A DNA stretch of 64,000 nucleotides. Source: Eledone cirrhosa. Its lineage: Eukaryota. The stretch spans positions 62,001 to 126,000 of the forward strand of contig CAXHJY010001157.1 in NCBI GenBank assembly GCA_964016885.1, read 5' to 3'. A program made the position numbers and the translations under genes. Below the pieces are notes generated by a model. It searched no databases, had not been told where the DNA came from, and saw only the letters and a program-made list of their open reading frames with translations. Each line of letters starts with the position of its first letter. The stretch's first letter is position 1. Below, one piece after another: positions 1 to 13,915 of this stretch.

Positions 1-523
1 GATACTATCTGCCAGTCACAACTTCTGGCAGATAAAAGAAAAGAATTAATCCTTAGATTGGACCAAGGAAACAAGGTCTCCATTGGATTTTCCCCTGCTG
101 ATACTATCTGCTGGTCACAACATCTGGCAGAAAAAAAACAACAAAAGAACTGATTGTTAGATCGGACCAAGGAAACAACAGTTCCATTGATCTGTATTTT
201 TCCATTACTGATACTATCTGCTAGTTACAACTCCCGTCACCAATTTCCTGGTGACAGTAAGTGGGATTTGGATTTAGAATGCACAGAGCCAGGAGAGATA
301 CTGCAAAATTCCGTTTAACCATCACCCATGGAATTGGAATAGTACTTTTATTTATCGGCTCTGAAAGGATGAAAGGACAAAGGTGATCTTGGTGGGATAT
401 GAACTCAGAGTAATGAGGTCTGAAACAATTACCAATTCATTTAATCTAATGCTCTAACAACTAGGCATGCAATAAACAAAAGTTCAAACTATTTAATTAA
501 AATAAACAATGAAAATTAATATT

Positions 524-585
<62 letters not shown>

Positions 586-639
586 CGTGTATGAGAGTAT
601 GTATATATATATATTTATATATAAATAAAAGTATATGCA

Positions 640-920
640 AACGACAAAGCATAAATGAACTGCGAGAGAAATTAGACATAAGAGGGATCAGATGCAGTGA
701 TGCAGGATTGCATTGGTATGGACATGTGATGTGTATGATGGATGACAACTATATAAAAAGGTGCAGAGCACTCAAAGTTGATGAAAGCTAGGGAGTAGGC
801 AAGCCTAGGAAGACTTGGGATGAAGTGATAAAAGCTGACCTTGCACAATTACACCTCTCAAAGGCAATGACACAGGACTGTGGTCTCCGGTGCTATGCAG
901 TAATACAGAAGTCCCGCCCT
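640..920 (+). mobile_element. RTE-clade LINE 3' fragment, degenerate
   Basis: Translation 'LREKLDIRGI...LHWYGHVM...GKPRKTWDEVIKADL' matches the RTE C-terminus; a related copy lies at ~63210-63560. Confidence 0.7.
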
Positions 921-1059
921 CCCATATATAGGAGCTGAGGCATACATTTAGTATCTACCACCCTTCCTCCTATACACCTCCCTTGCTGTAATCACCCCAC
1001 CCCTACCGCCCTAATTCCCTATACATCTCCCCCATCCAAAACATAATGTAGTCATCCTG

Positions 1060-1375
1060 GAACCACAATAAGCGCCCAGTCCACACTATAAAATGGTTGT
1101 GTAGGTGTCACGACAAAAAGCACCTAGTCCATACTGTAAAGTGGTTGTGTAGGTGTCACAACCAAAAAGCACCCAGCCCACACTGTAAAGTGGTCGTGTA
1201 GGTGTCACGACAAAAAGCACTCAGTCCACACTGTAAATGTGGTTGGTGTTAGGAAGGGCATCCAGCCATAGAAACCAAGCCAAAACCAGTTCTGTATGAG
1301 CAAAGCACGGTCTTGGATGTCTCACAACAGGACAGCAGTCTTACCCATGATAGCATGTTAAACAATGATGATGAT
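1060..1375 (+). mobile_element. SINE-like repeat 3' part with internal ~58-bp tandem repeats
   Basis: 'ggtgttaggaagggcatccagcc' motif recurs through the window (e.g. reverse copies at 3730-4135, 16960-17150, 43830-44070). Confidence 0.6.
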
Positions 1376-1430
1376 GATATATATATATATATATATATGT
1401 GTGTGTAAATATAAAAACAACAAACCTTAC

Positions 1431-1530
1431 CATTTAACTCTACAAGTTCCAAATTTTCTTTATTTTGCATTGCCTTGATTACAGCAGTGGCCCCATCCTT
1501 TCCAATTTCGTTACCACTTAAAATAAGCTG
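1431..1530 (-). CDS. RANGAP1: RanGAP1 coding exon 8 (QLILSGNEIGKDGATAVIKAMQNKENLELVELNG); gene continues beyond the window start
   Basis: 100 nt, TAG(CAG) acceptor and GTAAG donor; final LRRs 'LSGNEI' and 'ELNG'. Confidence 0.9.
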
Positions 1531-1990
1531 CTAAAAACAGAAGAAAATATCACTTGATATAAATTGCTAGAAACAAAAAAATATCACTTGATATAGATTG
1601 CTAGAAACAGAGCAAATAAAAAGTTTTTAGATTTAAAAAATAGTGACACTATCACAAGAGTGGTTATTAATATTTGAGTATCTGATGTTGGTTATTGTTA
1701 ATATGGTCATTGGTTCTATGGTGCAAACGTTTATATTTATTTAAAAACATCATAATTTATGTAGCAAAAGCCAGTTAAATAATGTAGAATGCCTCCAAGT
1801 TTTTTATTATTTTCAAAATTATCTGGAAATCATAGTGCTTTTCATTAGAAATATGGCAATTTAAGAGCGAAAAAGTGATTTAATTTACTAAATACATACA
1901 AATTCATGATTATTAAACAAAAAACATATGCAACATGCATCTTTTGCTTCCTAGACTAAACAATATATATATAAATAATATAAAACTCAC

Positions 1991-2104
1991 TTTTAAACAT
2001 GAGTGTGATGCCTTCAAACTCTCACCAATGGCTTTGGCACCACCAGTCTTCAGAAGACAATCACCGAAATTTATTACTTCAAGCTTCTGAAGTTTTGGAA
2101 GAGC
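1991..2104 (-). CDS. RANGAP1: RanGAP1 coding exon 7 (ALPKLQKLEVINFGDCLLKTGGAKAIGESLKASHSCLK)
   Basis: Read manually; 114 nt, AG acceptor and GTGAGT donor; 'INFGDCLL' motif. Confidence 0.93.
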
Positions 2105-2288
2105 CTACAAGAAAAATATTAATAAATTACTGAGTCTGTAGATGTAAGCCAACAACAGATTTATAAAATACTGAGTCTGTAGATATAAACCAACAACAGA
2201 TTTATAAAACAGTAGGAAATATGTGACTGTGTTGCATTAATTCCTGTCTAACAAACATTAGAAATATAAATCAATTGAAATGTTTTAA

Positions 2289-2492
2289 CCATTTAGCATT
2301 TAAACCAGCCATATCCAGCCAGAATTCTCTCCCATCTTTCTGTTAAAACCAGCAATAACTGGCCACTCATACTGATGTTATGGTATTGTTCTCAAAATAA
2401 ATAATATCAAAATCTCGTAGATTCGATATTATGTGAAATAAAGTGTTTACCATGAAAATACAATAGTAATGAGCAATGTAAATGTTAAAGGG
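2289..2492. mobile_element. piggyBac-type MITE (~205 bp), family A
   Basis: TTAA on both sides; TIRs CCxTTTAGCATTTA / TAAATGxTAAAGGG. Confidence 0.8.
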
Positions 2493-3133
2493 TTAAATGG
2501 GAATTAAAACTGGGTTACAATTATCAATAACAGTTGACCCTTTTGATACCAATCAGGCTAAAACTAGCTCTGGTTCTATGAAACAAAATCCATTTTAACA
2601 CTTTTGATACCAAACATGGCGAAAATCAGCTCTGTTTCTTTGAAACAAAGCCATCCATTTTAAAAGATTTCTTATTTAAATTAAAATCTTCCAATATAAA
2701 TTTATATAAGAGCCTTATGTTACATTAGTATCTTAGTAATGACGTAATTAATAATTTTATTAAATACCATAAAATTCAACATTAAACAACTGAAATAGAT
2801 TAGTAGAATTGGTTATACGACTCCAGTACAAGAATTGGTACTTTATTTTACTGATCCCAGAAACAACTCAGAACATAAGACTATATTTTTATTTGTAAAA
2901 AAATAAAAAAAGCAATAATAATAATGATGGCTTCTAATTTAGGCACAAGGTCAGCAATTTGAAAGGAGAGAAAGTTAATTAAATTGACCCCAGTACTTAA
3001 CTGGTAATTTATTTTATCAACTCCAGACAGATGAAATGTAAAGTTGCCTTCCAGTAGATTTGAACTCAGAACATAACACTGCATTTTATTTATAAAAAAA
3101 GGTAATAATAATGATTATGTTTTTATAGCTTAC

Positions 3134-3292
3134 TTCTGCCATAGCTTCGGCTCCGTTCTCTGTGAAAATGTTATCGTTGAGGTTAAGGAACCGTAAGGAA
3201 GGGTTTGAAGCAAAAGCCTTAGCAAGGGCTAAGATACCCTTATGTTGGATTCCATTCTGTGGCATTTCGATACGCTCCAGTGAACCAATGGT
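3134..3292 (-). CDS. RANGAP1: RanGAP1 coding exon 6 ([15 protein letters not shown]...[18 protein letters not shown])
   Basis: 159 nt, AG/GT; 'MPQNGI' and 'LNDN.F' motifs. Confidence 0.95.
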
Positions 3293-4193
3293 CTGCAAAA
3301 AGAGAGAATGATATTGATATAGAAGACAGACACAGAATTAGAGGGGCATATAGAGAGAGAAACAACAAACCAGAAAAAGAGGAATCTGTAAGACAATACC
3401 AGATGTGTGTTGTTTCAGTGTCATGTTTGTTTGACAGAGAGAGTAAATTAACGTACGAGTTGAAGGAAGAGTATGTATAGTGAGTGGAATGACAAGTAAA
3501 AAGTGAGAATGATAGAGAAGCAAAGGGATGGTATACTGGAGCATGGCAAACACACACACACACAATTGTTGTCTGCTGGCAAGGTCTCGAAAAAGTTGCC
3601 GCTGATCGTGACCATTGGCGAGTAAACACTGCTCGATGCGCCGAACGGCGCGGAAGAATCTAAGACTAAGAGCTTTTATATGGAGTTGTATTTTCTTGTC
3701 ACTTTTTGACAAATGGAATATACATATATGATCATCATCACCGTTTTACATACATCCTTCCACGCTAGCATGAGTTAGATGAGTTGTCCTGTTGTGGGCA
3801 ATGCCAGGTCAGGTGACCATGTCATACTCATACAGAGCTGATTTTGGCTTGGTTTCTACAACTGGATGCCCTTCCTAACACCAACATCGTTTACAGTGAG
3901 TACTGGGTGCTTTTTACCATGGCGCGTGCACGACCACTTTACAGTGTGGAGTTGGTGTATTTTTGTTGTGACACCTACACGACCACTTTACAGTGGGATG
4001 GGTGATGTTTTTATCGTTGTCACCTACATGACCACTTTACTGTGTGGACTAGGTGATTTTATTGTTGTGACACTTACATCACCACTTTACAGTGGGATGG
4101 GTGATCTTTTTGTCGTGACACCTACACGACCACTCACTTTAAGTTTCAGATGTATACTTCCAAAATTAATCATCATGTGATAGGTAATGCCAA

Positions 4194-4431
4194 TAGTGGT
4201 TTCCAACGTTTTCACTAGCAAGGACCTCTTTTATTTAAAAGAATTTTCCCACAGAACCCACTCCCCAGTATGATTATCCTCCACACAAATTGTTGTGAAA
4301 GAAGAGAAATGTTTATAAGAATGGATTCCAATAGTGTGTGTAAATTATGTTTTTAACCAAGTACTTATAATGTTGAATTTAGCTCACAAACCCCGGTACT
4401 ATCTTTCTGGACCCGAAGTTAGGAACTACTG
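4194..4431. mobile_element. hAT/Charlie-type MITE, degenerate
   Basis: Imperfect TIRs tagtggtttccaac / gttaggaactactg, resembling CAGTGGTTCCCAAC. Confidence 0.5.
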
Positions 4432-4498
4432 TTTTAGTATAACAACAATTCAATGTGTTTGTTTCAATTCAAAAGTAATGGAAAGACAGAGTTGATAC

Positions 4499-4633
4499 CT
4501 GAAAAGCCTGTGCTAGGGCTGCAGATCCTTCATTTTCCAACCGATTCCGTCCAGATATGAAGACACTCAACTGAAATGGTGTGCCAGCAGCAGTACTGTG
4601 TTCGTGGCACTTCAACATAGTTTTGGCCAGCAG
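4499..4633 (-). CDS. RANGAP1: RanGAP1 coding exon 5 (LLAKTMLKCH...VFISGRNRLENEGSAALAQAFQ)
   Basis: Read manually; 135 nt, AG/GT; conserved 'GRNRLEN' motif. Confidence 0.95.
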
Positions 4634-5054
4634 CTAGAAAACAAACATATATCCACAGTGATAACAAATAACAATAGTAATAATGGCTTCTAGTTTTGGC
4701 AAAAAGCCAGTCATTTTTTTTTTTTTGGAAGGGAGGGTTGAGCAGAGAAAGTCAATTATACCAATCCCACTAATTGACTGGTATTTTATTTTATTGACCT
4801 CGGAAGGATGAAAGACAAAGTTGACCTTGGCAGAATTGGAACTCAGAACATAAAGAGCCAGAACAAATACTGCTAAGTATTTGTCTAACACTCTAATCAC
4901 TCTGCCAATCCACTGCCCTTAATAATAATCTTGAGTTTCTGTCACAAAAAAAAAAAAAATAAAAAAAATAGAAAAAGCAAATGAGTTGATTGTCAGATCA
5001 AATGAAGGAAACAACGGTCCCATTGCTGATATTATCTACTGGTCACAACACCTT

Positions 5055-5460
5055 TGTCACTTGATAAGATGATATATTCATGTGTCACTAGATAAGATGT
5101 AATGTTTCATGTGTAAATAAAATGTGGTGTAGTGTCTCTATGTCACTAAAATGTGATGTAGTGTCTCTGTGTCACTAGATAAGATGTAATATTTCATGTG
5201 TCACTAAAATGTGTAGTGTCTCTGTGTCACTAAAATGTGATGTAGTGTCTGCGTCACTAGATTAGATGTAATATTTCATGTGGTGTAGTGTCTCTATGTC
5301 ACTAAAATGTGAGGTAGTGTCTGTGTCACTAGATAAGATCTGATGTTTCATGTGTCACTAAAATGTGGTATAGTGTCTCTGTCACTAGATAAGATATGTT
5401 TCATGTATCACTCAACAGTGTCTTTGGTTTTCTATCCCTAGATAAGATGTTGTGCCACTG
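5055..5460. repeat. Minisatellite of two alternating ~27-29-bp units anchored on GTGTCACTA
   Basis: Units gtgtcactaaaatgtgatgtagtgtctct and gtgtcactagataagatgtaatatttcat. Confidence 0.85.
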
Positions 5461-5571
5461 TGCCACTACAATGTGATGATGTCGCCCCCATGTCACTCCA
5501 ACGTGATGTTATGTTACTGTGTCACTCCAACGAGATGTGTCCCTCTTGTGTTCAAGGAGGAAGCTGCTTAC

Positions 5572-5751
5572 CTTTCCACCACTGATACCCAGTCCATTGT
5601 TGTTCAGCTGAAGTTCCTTCAAAGTATAACAGCAACTGCTGAGTAAGAGCTCTTCAATTCCTTCTACCCCAATGGCACCAAATGCATTGTCACTGAGATT
5701 CAGCTCCACCAGATGTGCCCCTGCTGTCATTACCCCAGCACCTAAAGCTTT
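5572..5751 (-). CDS. RANGAP1: RanGAP1 coding exon 4 (KALGAGVMTAGAHLVELNLSDNAFG...NNNGLGISGGK)
   Basis: 180 nt, AG/GT; 'LSDNAFG' and 'LNNNGLG' RanGAP LRR motifs. Confidence 0.95.
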
Positions 5752-6674
5752 CTGCAAAATACAAACATTAACCCTTTAGCATTTACATTACTCTATATTT
5801 ACTATTGTATTTTCATGGTAAAGGCTTTATCTCACATAATATTGAGTGGCCAGTTACGGCTGGTTTGAACAGAAAGTTATCACCCTCACTTTAGAGTTTA
5901 GTGGTAAAGGTGTGTTGAACTCAAAATCATATAATGTTGTGGGTTTGATTCTTAGACCAGGCAGTGCATTGTGTTCTTGAGCAAGATGCTTCCATTCATA
6001 CTGGATCAGGAAGGAAATAGAGCTGGAGGAAAACTGCCTCAGCCAACCCATGTGAGCAAGTAAAAGATCTTGTTGGCGACGATGACAAGGATGATGGCTA
6101 AGTATTCTTTATACTAATACATATTTTATTATGGTGCCTCTATAAAATGAACCCAGTACATTCTGTTAAGTGGCTGGTGTTAGGAAGAGTATCTGATTTT
6201 AGAATTCATGAGAATATAGGGGCTAGACGTAGTTTCCTGACCAATTTAATCAGAGACTGTAACCTGTCCAACAGTGAAAACAGATGTAAAATAATGGTTT
6301 CTGATTTAGGCACAAGGTCAATAATTTTGGAGGAGGGGAAAGTCAATTAAATCAACCCATGTGTGATATTGGTACTTTATTTTATCGACCCCGTAAGGAT
6401 GCAAGGCAAAGCTGACATCGGCGGAATTTAAACTCAGATCATAAAGGGCCATAACTATGCTGTGAAACGTTGTCTGATGCTCTACCAATGCTACCTATCC
6501 ACAGATGTAAAATAATGACGATGATGACAAACAGACCCCACTGACAATACTGCTACCATTACAACACATTCATCCCACATCATGCTAAAGAAAGAAACTA
6601 CATAGGGAGAAGTATAAGCCAGTAAGAAAACTGTTACGAATCACCACAACAACAACAAATAAAATTCAACATAC

Positions 6675-6734
6675 CAACGAAGGTGGAATTTCTTCTCTAA
6701 GACGTCCAGTGAACATATCACTCCATAGAGCTCT
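6675..6734 (-). CDS. RANGAP1: RanGAP1 coding exon 3 (RALWSDMFTGRLREEIPPSL)
   Basis: Read manually (absent from the ORF track); 60 nt, AG/GT boundaries; 'WSDMFTGRL' is the hallmark RanGAP motif. Confidence 0.95.
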
Positions 6735-7114
6735 CTAGAAAATGAAGAGAAAATACCATTAAAAAAATTGCTATTAAAGCATAGACAGTGTTGACCCTCT
6801 GTCAGTTCTGACAATGAGTGTTCCAGTTGTCCAAATAATGAACAGCATGCTTGTGAAATTAACATGCAAGTGGCTGAGTATTCCAGACACTTGGATCTAG
6901 GGGAGATTCAGCATGATGGTGTATGATAAACTTTTCCATTTGAATTACAGGTACATGATGATGATGTACCACTCATTTACTTCAACTGAGTGGATTAGAG
7001 CAACTTGAAGTAAAGTGTACCGAGTACATTCTGTAGAGTAGTAGCACTGGTGCCAAATGTCATTTCTTTATTTAAAATAATAATAATAATAATGATAATA
7101 TCCAAATAACTTAC

Positions 7115-7242
7115 TTCAAATTCTGGGTGAATTTCCAAACTCTTTGCAATGGCCAGAGCAGCATTAAGTCCCACTGTGTTACCACTCATACGTAACACAC
7201 GCATGTTCTGGAAGTTGGTGATTGCTTCAATAATCTCTTTGG
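7115..7242 (-). CDS. RANGAP1: RanGAP1 coding exon 2 (AKEIIEAI...LRMSGNTVGLNAALAIAKSLEIHPEFE)
   Basis: AG acceptor and GTAAGT donor; 128 nt, joins exon 1 in frame; LRR motif 'LRxxGNTVG'. Confidence 0.92.
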
Positions 7243-7449
7243 CTATACAGAATAGAAATAACAAGAAATATGATAGAATCTGGCAAAATTCAAAGTTCAC
7301 AGCCAATATTATTATTATTTAAACCTCAGTTTTACATCTAATCACTTAGAATACTCAGCCACTTTGCACGCCAACTCAATGAGTAAGTCATACAATTAAT
7401 CAAACAACTGATTATATTTTTGACAAGAGAGTCAGTCCATCATCACATA

Positions 7450-7840
7450 CATTCATTCATTCAGCCCCATCGCTTTCTGTAGAGCATAGACCATTGACAA
7501 TCCCCCTCTATCGTACTCGATCCTGGGCTGCTCTTGCCACTCCACTCTAGTTGGTTTCCAGCTTTCTTAATTCAACCCCAGTGTCACACTGACTGCCATG
7601 GGGCTGGCTTCTCTTCCTCTTACCCTGCAGGTTCCAGGTCAGGGCTTGATATGTGTTGTTGGATGCTGGTTTCCTGAGGGTATGTCCAATCTAGCTCTAC
7701 TTCCTCCATATAATCTGCTTTGCTACTGGTTCCTGTCCCGTTTGTGTGGACAGAGAGACACCACTGTGGAAGCTGCTGATGTACTACAGAGTGCCTGGGA
7801 AGATTATCTCCCTCATCTGGTGCACCATCGCACACTCATA
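7450..7840 (-). mobile_element. RTE-clade LINE 3' fragment
   Basis: Minus strand reads '..ALTWNLQGKRKR..' and 'AAQDRV'; (TGAA)n-like tail at 7450-7462. Confidence 0.6.
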
Positions 7841-8812
7841 CCTTTATAATAAAACACGATTGACAACCTCTTTGTGCTAGATTTTTCAGTGTTGACAAGA
7901 TGGTCAGTTTGTAGCACAAGAACTACGGTTGGTTTGAACAGAAAGAGCTGAGAGAATTCTGGCCGGATACGGTCGGTTTAAATACAAAAGGGTTAATCAT
8001 AGCATCTATCTATCTATAGTTATCTATTTATGTATATTTTTGGACAATAACAAGAACAAACAAATTCCAGTAGCAGTCTGAAGACAGACAGATAGGTAGA
8101 ACATAGTCATCATAATTTAGTGAATATATGTTTGATAATGATTAAACAAAATATTGTAATTGATTTGAATGAATGTAGTAAAATATGGTGATGGATGAAG
8201 TGACAAGAGAGAGAAAGCCAAGGAAAATCAAAGATACAAGCATCTTTACTATATAAAATGTTGTAATCGTGGAATTATTAGATTAACTAATTTTTATTAA
8301 TCCATAGAAATCTCTTGATTTCTGTGGGAAATAATTATTTTTCCTCATTTTTTTCTGTGTGCTATCAATTAATTTGACCGCCAAACATGTCACAAAACAG
8401 AGGAGAAAGGAGTTTTCTTTGCTAATTCTTTTTATTATTTTTCACGTTATCAACATATCTGACATCCTAACCTGTTGGAAACGACTAGTTTTGCAGAAAA
8501 AGGACGAGAAGAGAGAGGGGAAGACCCTTGGTGTTTCACAGATTTACACCCCTCTTGTGTTTGCATATTATCAACAAACTTGACCCCCAAACATGCTAAC
8601 CCTAACCTTTCCGACATTTATCCGGAGGCACAGTTAACTGAAAAACGAATAATAAAAATAGAAAAGAAAACTCTGGGGATGGTAGGAAGTACACCCACCC
8701 CACCTGTTTTCTGGAGGGGAAAAAAGCATTTTGTGGCATATTCAGAAGCCAGATTAGTTGATAGCATAAAAAATAAATAAATAAAATAATTATTTCCCAC
8801 TAAAATCTATAG

Positions 8813-10900
8813 TAGGGGTTCTCAACATTTTTGTGTCATTGCTCACATTCACAAGGAAAAAATTTTCCACCACCCACCTGTATAGTAAATATTTTAAAAA
8901 GTATAATTTTGAGATGGGCAGATTTCCTGATAGGCACTTTTCCAGATAATAAAAAGTATAACAGTCATAAAAAGTTAGTTTATGAACCAGTAACAAACCA
9001 TTAATAAATTTTACCTCTTACAAAACAATATAAATGAACAATTTTGGCATTACAAGATTCTTCATTGAAAGTAATGTAAAAATTGTAACATCAAATATTT
9101 TGGCACACACATACCATTTTTATATATCATCAATGCAGCCTGTGTCTGGTGTAACGCAGTTGGTGCAAATACATGGGTTTAAAATTAGTCATATTTAACC
9201 ACAAGTTACCTCACATGGTTATATCCAACCTACTACAAGTTATTTAATGTGGCTAAAGCCAATTTCTACCAAGTAGGATATTGGGAAAACAAGTAAAATC
9301 AACTGTAAGTATTTCCATAGATTAGAATAAGATGTCACTATACTTTGATGATACCACAAACCATATTTACTGCATGAGGCTTCATTATCATTAGGTAAAT
9401 CTATCAATTCTTCCTGCACATTGTCATCACAATCAATTACTTGAACTTCAAACAGGTTTGTATCCCAAACTGAACCAGGCAATGTGGTAATATCCAGAAA
9501 TAGCTGTACTATGTCATCATGCAAAAAATTGCAGATAATTTCAATATGAATTAACATCCTCATCAACCAATTCATCTTTCAAGCTATTCAGTCATTGAAA
9601 TTAGTAGAGTTGACATTTTGAAATGTTCATCGTATATAGGGTTAATTTAGAAATGAAGGCAGAGATGGATGATTTACAGTTGACAAGCATTTTTTGCTTT
9701 CCTTGCAATAAAGTTTTGATATTTAGTTTGGTGAATATCTCACTCAGAAAAACCTATCAGATTTTGTAGCAATCAGAGAAGTGGATTGTGGAGTGTTTTG
9801 AAATAAATTTATTACTGTATCAAACAGTTCAACAAAACTGGCAACACATTTACTTTTTAACAACCATCATACTTCAGTATGGTACAAAAGCTTCACATAG
9901 TCATCATTATCAAGGCACAGTCAATGGAAAATTTGTTCAGATAAAGGATTTGATTTTATCGTTCACAGTTTTAATAACTGCACTATATCATTAAGCCTAT
10001 CATGGCTATTTCTTCCACTAATGTTGTCAATGAGCCACACAGTGAACTGCTAAAACAGGAAGTAAAAGTTTGAGTTTTAAGAGTGATGAAAAACCTCTGT
10101 ATCTACCTACCATAACAGGTGCTCCATCCGATGCACAGGCAACAAAATTGTTCAATGGGATGTTATGTTCATTAAAAAATAGCTTCAATAAATTTAAAAT
10201 AGTTGTACCTTTTGAATCAAGCAACAAATGATCAGTGAACATCTCACAAGGTTGAACATTTTCATTTAAAAACCAATAGATACCATCATCAAGCATTGGC
10301 TTGCCGTAATTGTTGATTCATTAATGTGTATGGGAAATTCAGAATTCTGGAGATTATGGATGAGTTGATGTTTGACGTCAGTGGCCATTTAAATGTTGAA
10401 AAATTGTGTTATTACTAAGAGGAATTGTCTTGATAATTATATCAGGCTTTTCATGTATTACAGTCGAGAGAACTTCAATAATAGGTCGAAGTAATGTTTC
10501 TCCTATAGTGTGGGACTTACCGACCTTTGCGACCAGTAACAATGTTGTCCAACACAATCATCCCATTACCTTAGTGCATAGCGGCTTTCTGAAATTCCAA
10601 GATCAACATATTTTGCTTTTCAAATGAGGTCTTAAGTTGTATGAAATATGACAATAGTTTTTCCTTCTGGACAGCAAGCTTAGAATATAGATGATACTTT
10701 AAGTGTGAAGGTCTCATAGCTTTGTTGCATAAAGTTTGGTTGTACATAAGACACATAGGTAATTGACTGCTCTGAGGAGAAGTGATAAACCCATAAAATG
10801 TTATATTGATAAATGTTCTTAAATGAAGAGATTGGGGTGTAGATAACATTTTCATTCATCAAGTTATATTGTTACTCCATTTTAAGTCCATTTTCAATAA
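8813..10900 (-). mobile_element. Degenerate hAT (Buster/Charlie-type) transposon relic in RANGAP1 intron 1
   Basis: Fragments: BED-finger-like 'YGF...PMCL..N..L.N.AMRPSHLK.HL', 'KSHTIGETL', 'ACASDGAPVMVGRYRGF..HCVAH', dimerisation-like 'FPISYLVEIGFS'; TIR-like TAGGGGTTCTCAAC at 8813; many stops and frameshifts. Confidence 0.85.
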
Positions 10901-12577
10901 TCCACAAATATGAAAACACAAGAGCATTGCAATCACTCGGCATTCAATACTATCTAACAACTTCAAGTGGTTATCTGTTTATATGAGCATGTGCTGTGAA
11001 TAGATCCCATCTTATGATTCTCATATTTTGTCTGGCATTGTTGCCGTGCCTCCTTGACACCTGTCGTCAGAGTTCTTAGAGGTCATTGCTTGTGTCAAAT
11101 TTATATGATTTCTTGGTGCTGGTGAGTTTATTATGAGGTCACTTCTTAATTTTATGAACAAAGTTGTTCTTGGTCTTACATTATCTGATTTATATCCTCG
11201 AAAATGTCATTTTGTCCATTCAATGTTAATGACCCTCCTCAAAACTATAGGAAATATCAAAATGTTCCTTGTTTGCAGGGACATTTAGATCTTATCTAGG
11301 AATGTGGCCCAGTTATTCCCATTTAGCGCGGTTTCCTTTTTTTTACAGGTTGTTTGCATATCTCTTTTGAACATATATAGTTTTGTTTTTTTAGTAGCAC
11401 ATGTTGACATACATTCTTAACATTCAAAATCCTATATTGCCCCCATTGTCCGTTCAGTTGATCTATAATACTTAATTTTTAGTATAAACCTTGTTTTGAT
11501 GTGTACTATGCTAGTATTATATATATATATGGGTGTGTGGGTATTATGCTAGTATATATGTGTGTGTAAAATGGTTAGTAAGTGATCAGAGACAATGTAG
11601 GGTAGAGAGGACTCCCCTGTCTGACTCTCCTCTCTAGATCTGGTGTCACGATAAAAGCACCCAGTACACACCGTGAAGTATTAGTACTGGTGTTACGATA
11701 AAATACAACCAGTACACTCTGTAGTGTCGCTGGTGTTAGGAAGGGCTGTAGAAATCATGCTAAATATGGAACATGAGAGCAGTATGAAGTTTTCCTGACC
11801 TATCTCGTCTCGGACCATGACAACCTGTCCAACATACGCCAGCATGGAAAGTAAGCGTAAAATGATAATGACTATATATATATATATTATTATTCAAGGC
11901 ATAAAATTATCCAATTAATGATATTTGGTAAATGTGTTTTAATTATTTGAGTTTCAACTTTTCTCAGTTTTTCATGGGGCGGCAGATGCAGATCCCAAAA
12001 CTAAATAACTACATGAACATATTTATTGTCTGTGTATAAGAGAACGAGAGAAACATGGTTAGTTATGGAACTTTGTCAGTGTGACGGAAATTGACAATGT
12101 AAAGTAAATTTAATCCTTTTGTTCCCATATTTCTAATGAGAAACAGTATAGAATTTTCGAATTTGGAAAATAATCATGAATTTGAAGGGATTTAGTAATA
12201 AAACTACTGCATCTTTATTAAGCTAGTGTTTGTAACATAAAGGTTTTACATAAAATTATGATGGAAGGCTTTTAGATAAATATAAACCTTCAAGAAAACG
12301 TGTTCTATAATGGAAACAGGGGCGGTTTTGTTATAAGAGTTTGTGTGTGTCTTTTGGAATGCTAAAATGACTTTCATGATATAATTGCTTTAGTTTCAAC
12401 AAAGGTCTCAGATCAAAAACAGACACACACATATATAACAATGAATAAAACGACTCTTCGTAACTGTTTCAGTTTCAACACATCTCAGATTAAGTCACTT
12501 GTGAGACAAGTGTAACTACGAAAGGTTAAATAAATAAAAGTAACAATAACAAAGATATGTTGAGTAAAAATACTTAC

Positions 12578-12707
12578 CATCTTCAGCTTCGTTCAATTTC
12601 AAAGATAGACCGGAGAAACTTAACTCGCTTTTTTCATCTTCTACGGTAGCCTGAGCAAGTAATGATGTAATACTGGTAACATCATTAGGATCGGATGGAG
12701 TCGACAT
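12578..12707 (-). CDS. RANGAP1: Ran GTPase-activating protein 1, coding exon 1 (MSTPSDPNDV...LSFSGLSLKLNEAEDG)
   Basis: ATG at 12707; the N-terminal 'LSFSGLSLKLN.AED' motif is typical of RanGAP1; GTAAGT donor; 130 nt, phase 1. Confidence 0.9.
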
Positions 12708-13088
12708 GTCCGTAGACTTAAACCCGAAAGGGAAAAATCGCAATAGTGAGTATTACAGGGGGATATAAAAACGAACCAGGAAACACAGGAATTGAATGAA
12801 AATGTAAAATCCGTCACACGTTTTGAGAATGGCGGTGAAAAAAAAGAATTGAAAACTCCCGGTTACTCTCTTAAATAGAGGTAAGAAACGCAAGGATGTT
12901 TTTTTTTCAAACACTAGAGAGCTCATCGTGGTTTTATTTACGAACTTTTTAAAGTTATAAACGTCACCTGGTTCTGTTTGTAAATATATAGACAGGTGTA
13001 CTGTGAATGAAAAAAAAATCGAATTAATAGTATTGAGTGTGTGTATTAACATTATTAACCCTTTCATCTGAAGACTGTTACATTACTG

Positions 13089-13915
13089 CTACCATAATTC
13101 GTCGTCAGCCAACACAATAGAGAAGACATTGTCCCGGGCGACCGCGAGAGATACGCGCTGGAACAGGCATTCCACCTCAAGGGGCTTGCACCTGCGGGCA
13201 ACCAACTCCGCTCCGATAGCAGTGTGTAGGGATGTGGTCCGGGGGCCAAGAACGCCGGAAGTCTCCACTGCTTCAGCCTCAACTACAAACCCATTAGAGA
13301 GCAGTGGATACTTTGATAGATTCCCCTCTTCGGACTGAGCTGATAACCGAACGCACCAGGTTGCCACTAGAGGCTAACAACACGTAGCATCCCAGATAAG
13401 GGGCCTACCTCCGCGGAACCGGAATATTGTCATGCCGTCTCCTCTGTTCAGCCACGCTGGTTCTAGATGAGAAGGGAAGCTTGCGCTGTTTGGGCCATGC
13501 TTTATGATCTCGTTGAGAGCAACATGGCCAGCACTATAACGGCACGACAGTGTGTGGAGATCGAAAGAATCCATAGTGAAACCGCAGCGACATTTGTTCG
13601 GCTCACAGATCCGGAAGCCGAGCCTAAAGGGAACATTGATGCGCAAGCAGTCGTTGTCCAGTTGCATGCCAGTCGCAAGTGATCCTACTGCATTGAGCCA
13701 GGCACCACTGTGTGGTCGGGAGGCCAAGCGAAAACATGCCAGACGGTATTTGTCGAGCCGGCGCATCAACCTGTCTGAGATCATGTTGCACCGGATAGCG
13801 TCCCATTCGTTTTTTGGGCGAGTGGACGTCAATGGAGGGGAGAGGAGGATGGATGACTGATGGGCGGTGGCCGAGCTGGTTCAATGCCGCGAAGGCTGCC
13901 TTGCGTTCCCTGATC
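13089..13915 (-). mobile_element. CRE-clade non-LTR retrotransposon 3' fragment (zinc knuckle and restriction-like endonuclease)
   Basis: 'HSGAWLNA...LRI...RLG..ICEP..CRCG...DSF.LH.LSC', 'LIWDATC', 'AVETSGVLGP', 'LFQRVSLAV.R.N' motifs; GC-rich. Confidence 0.8.
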
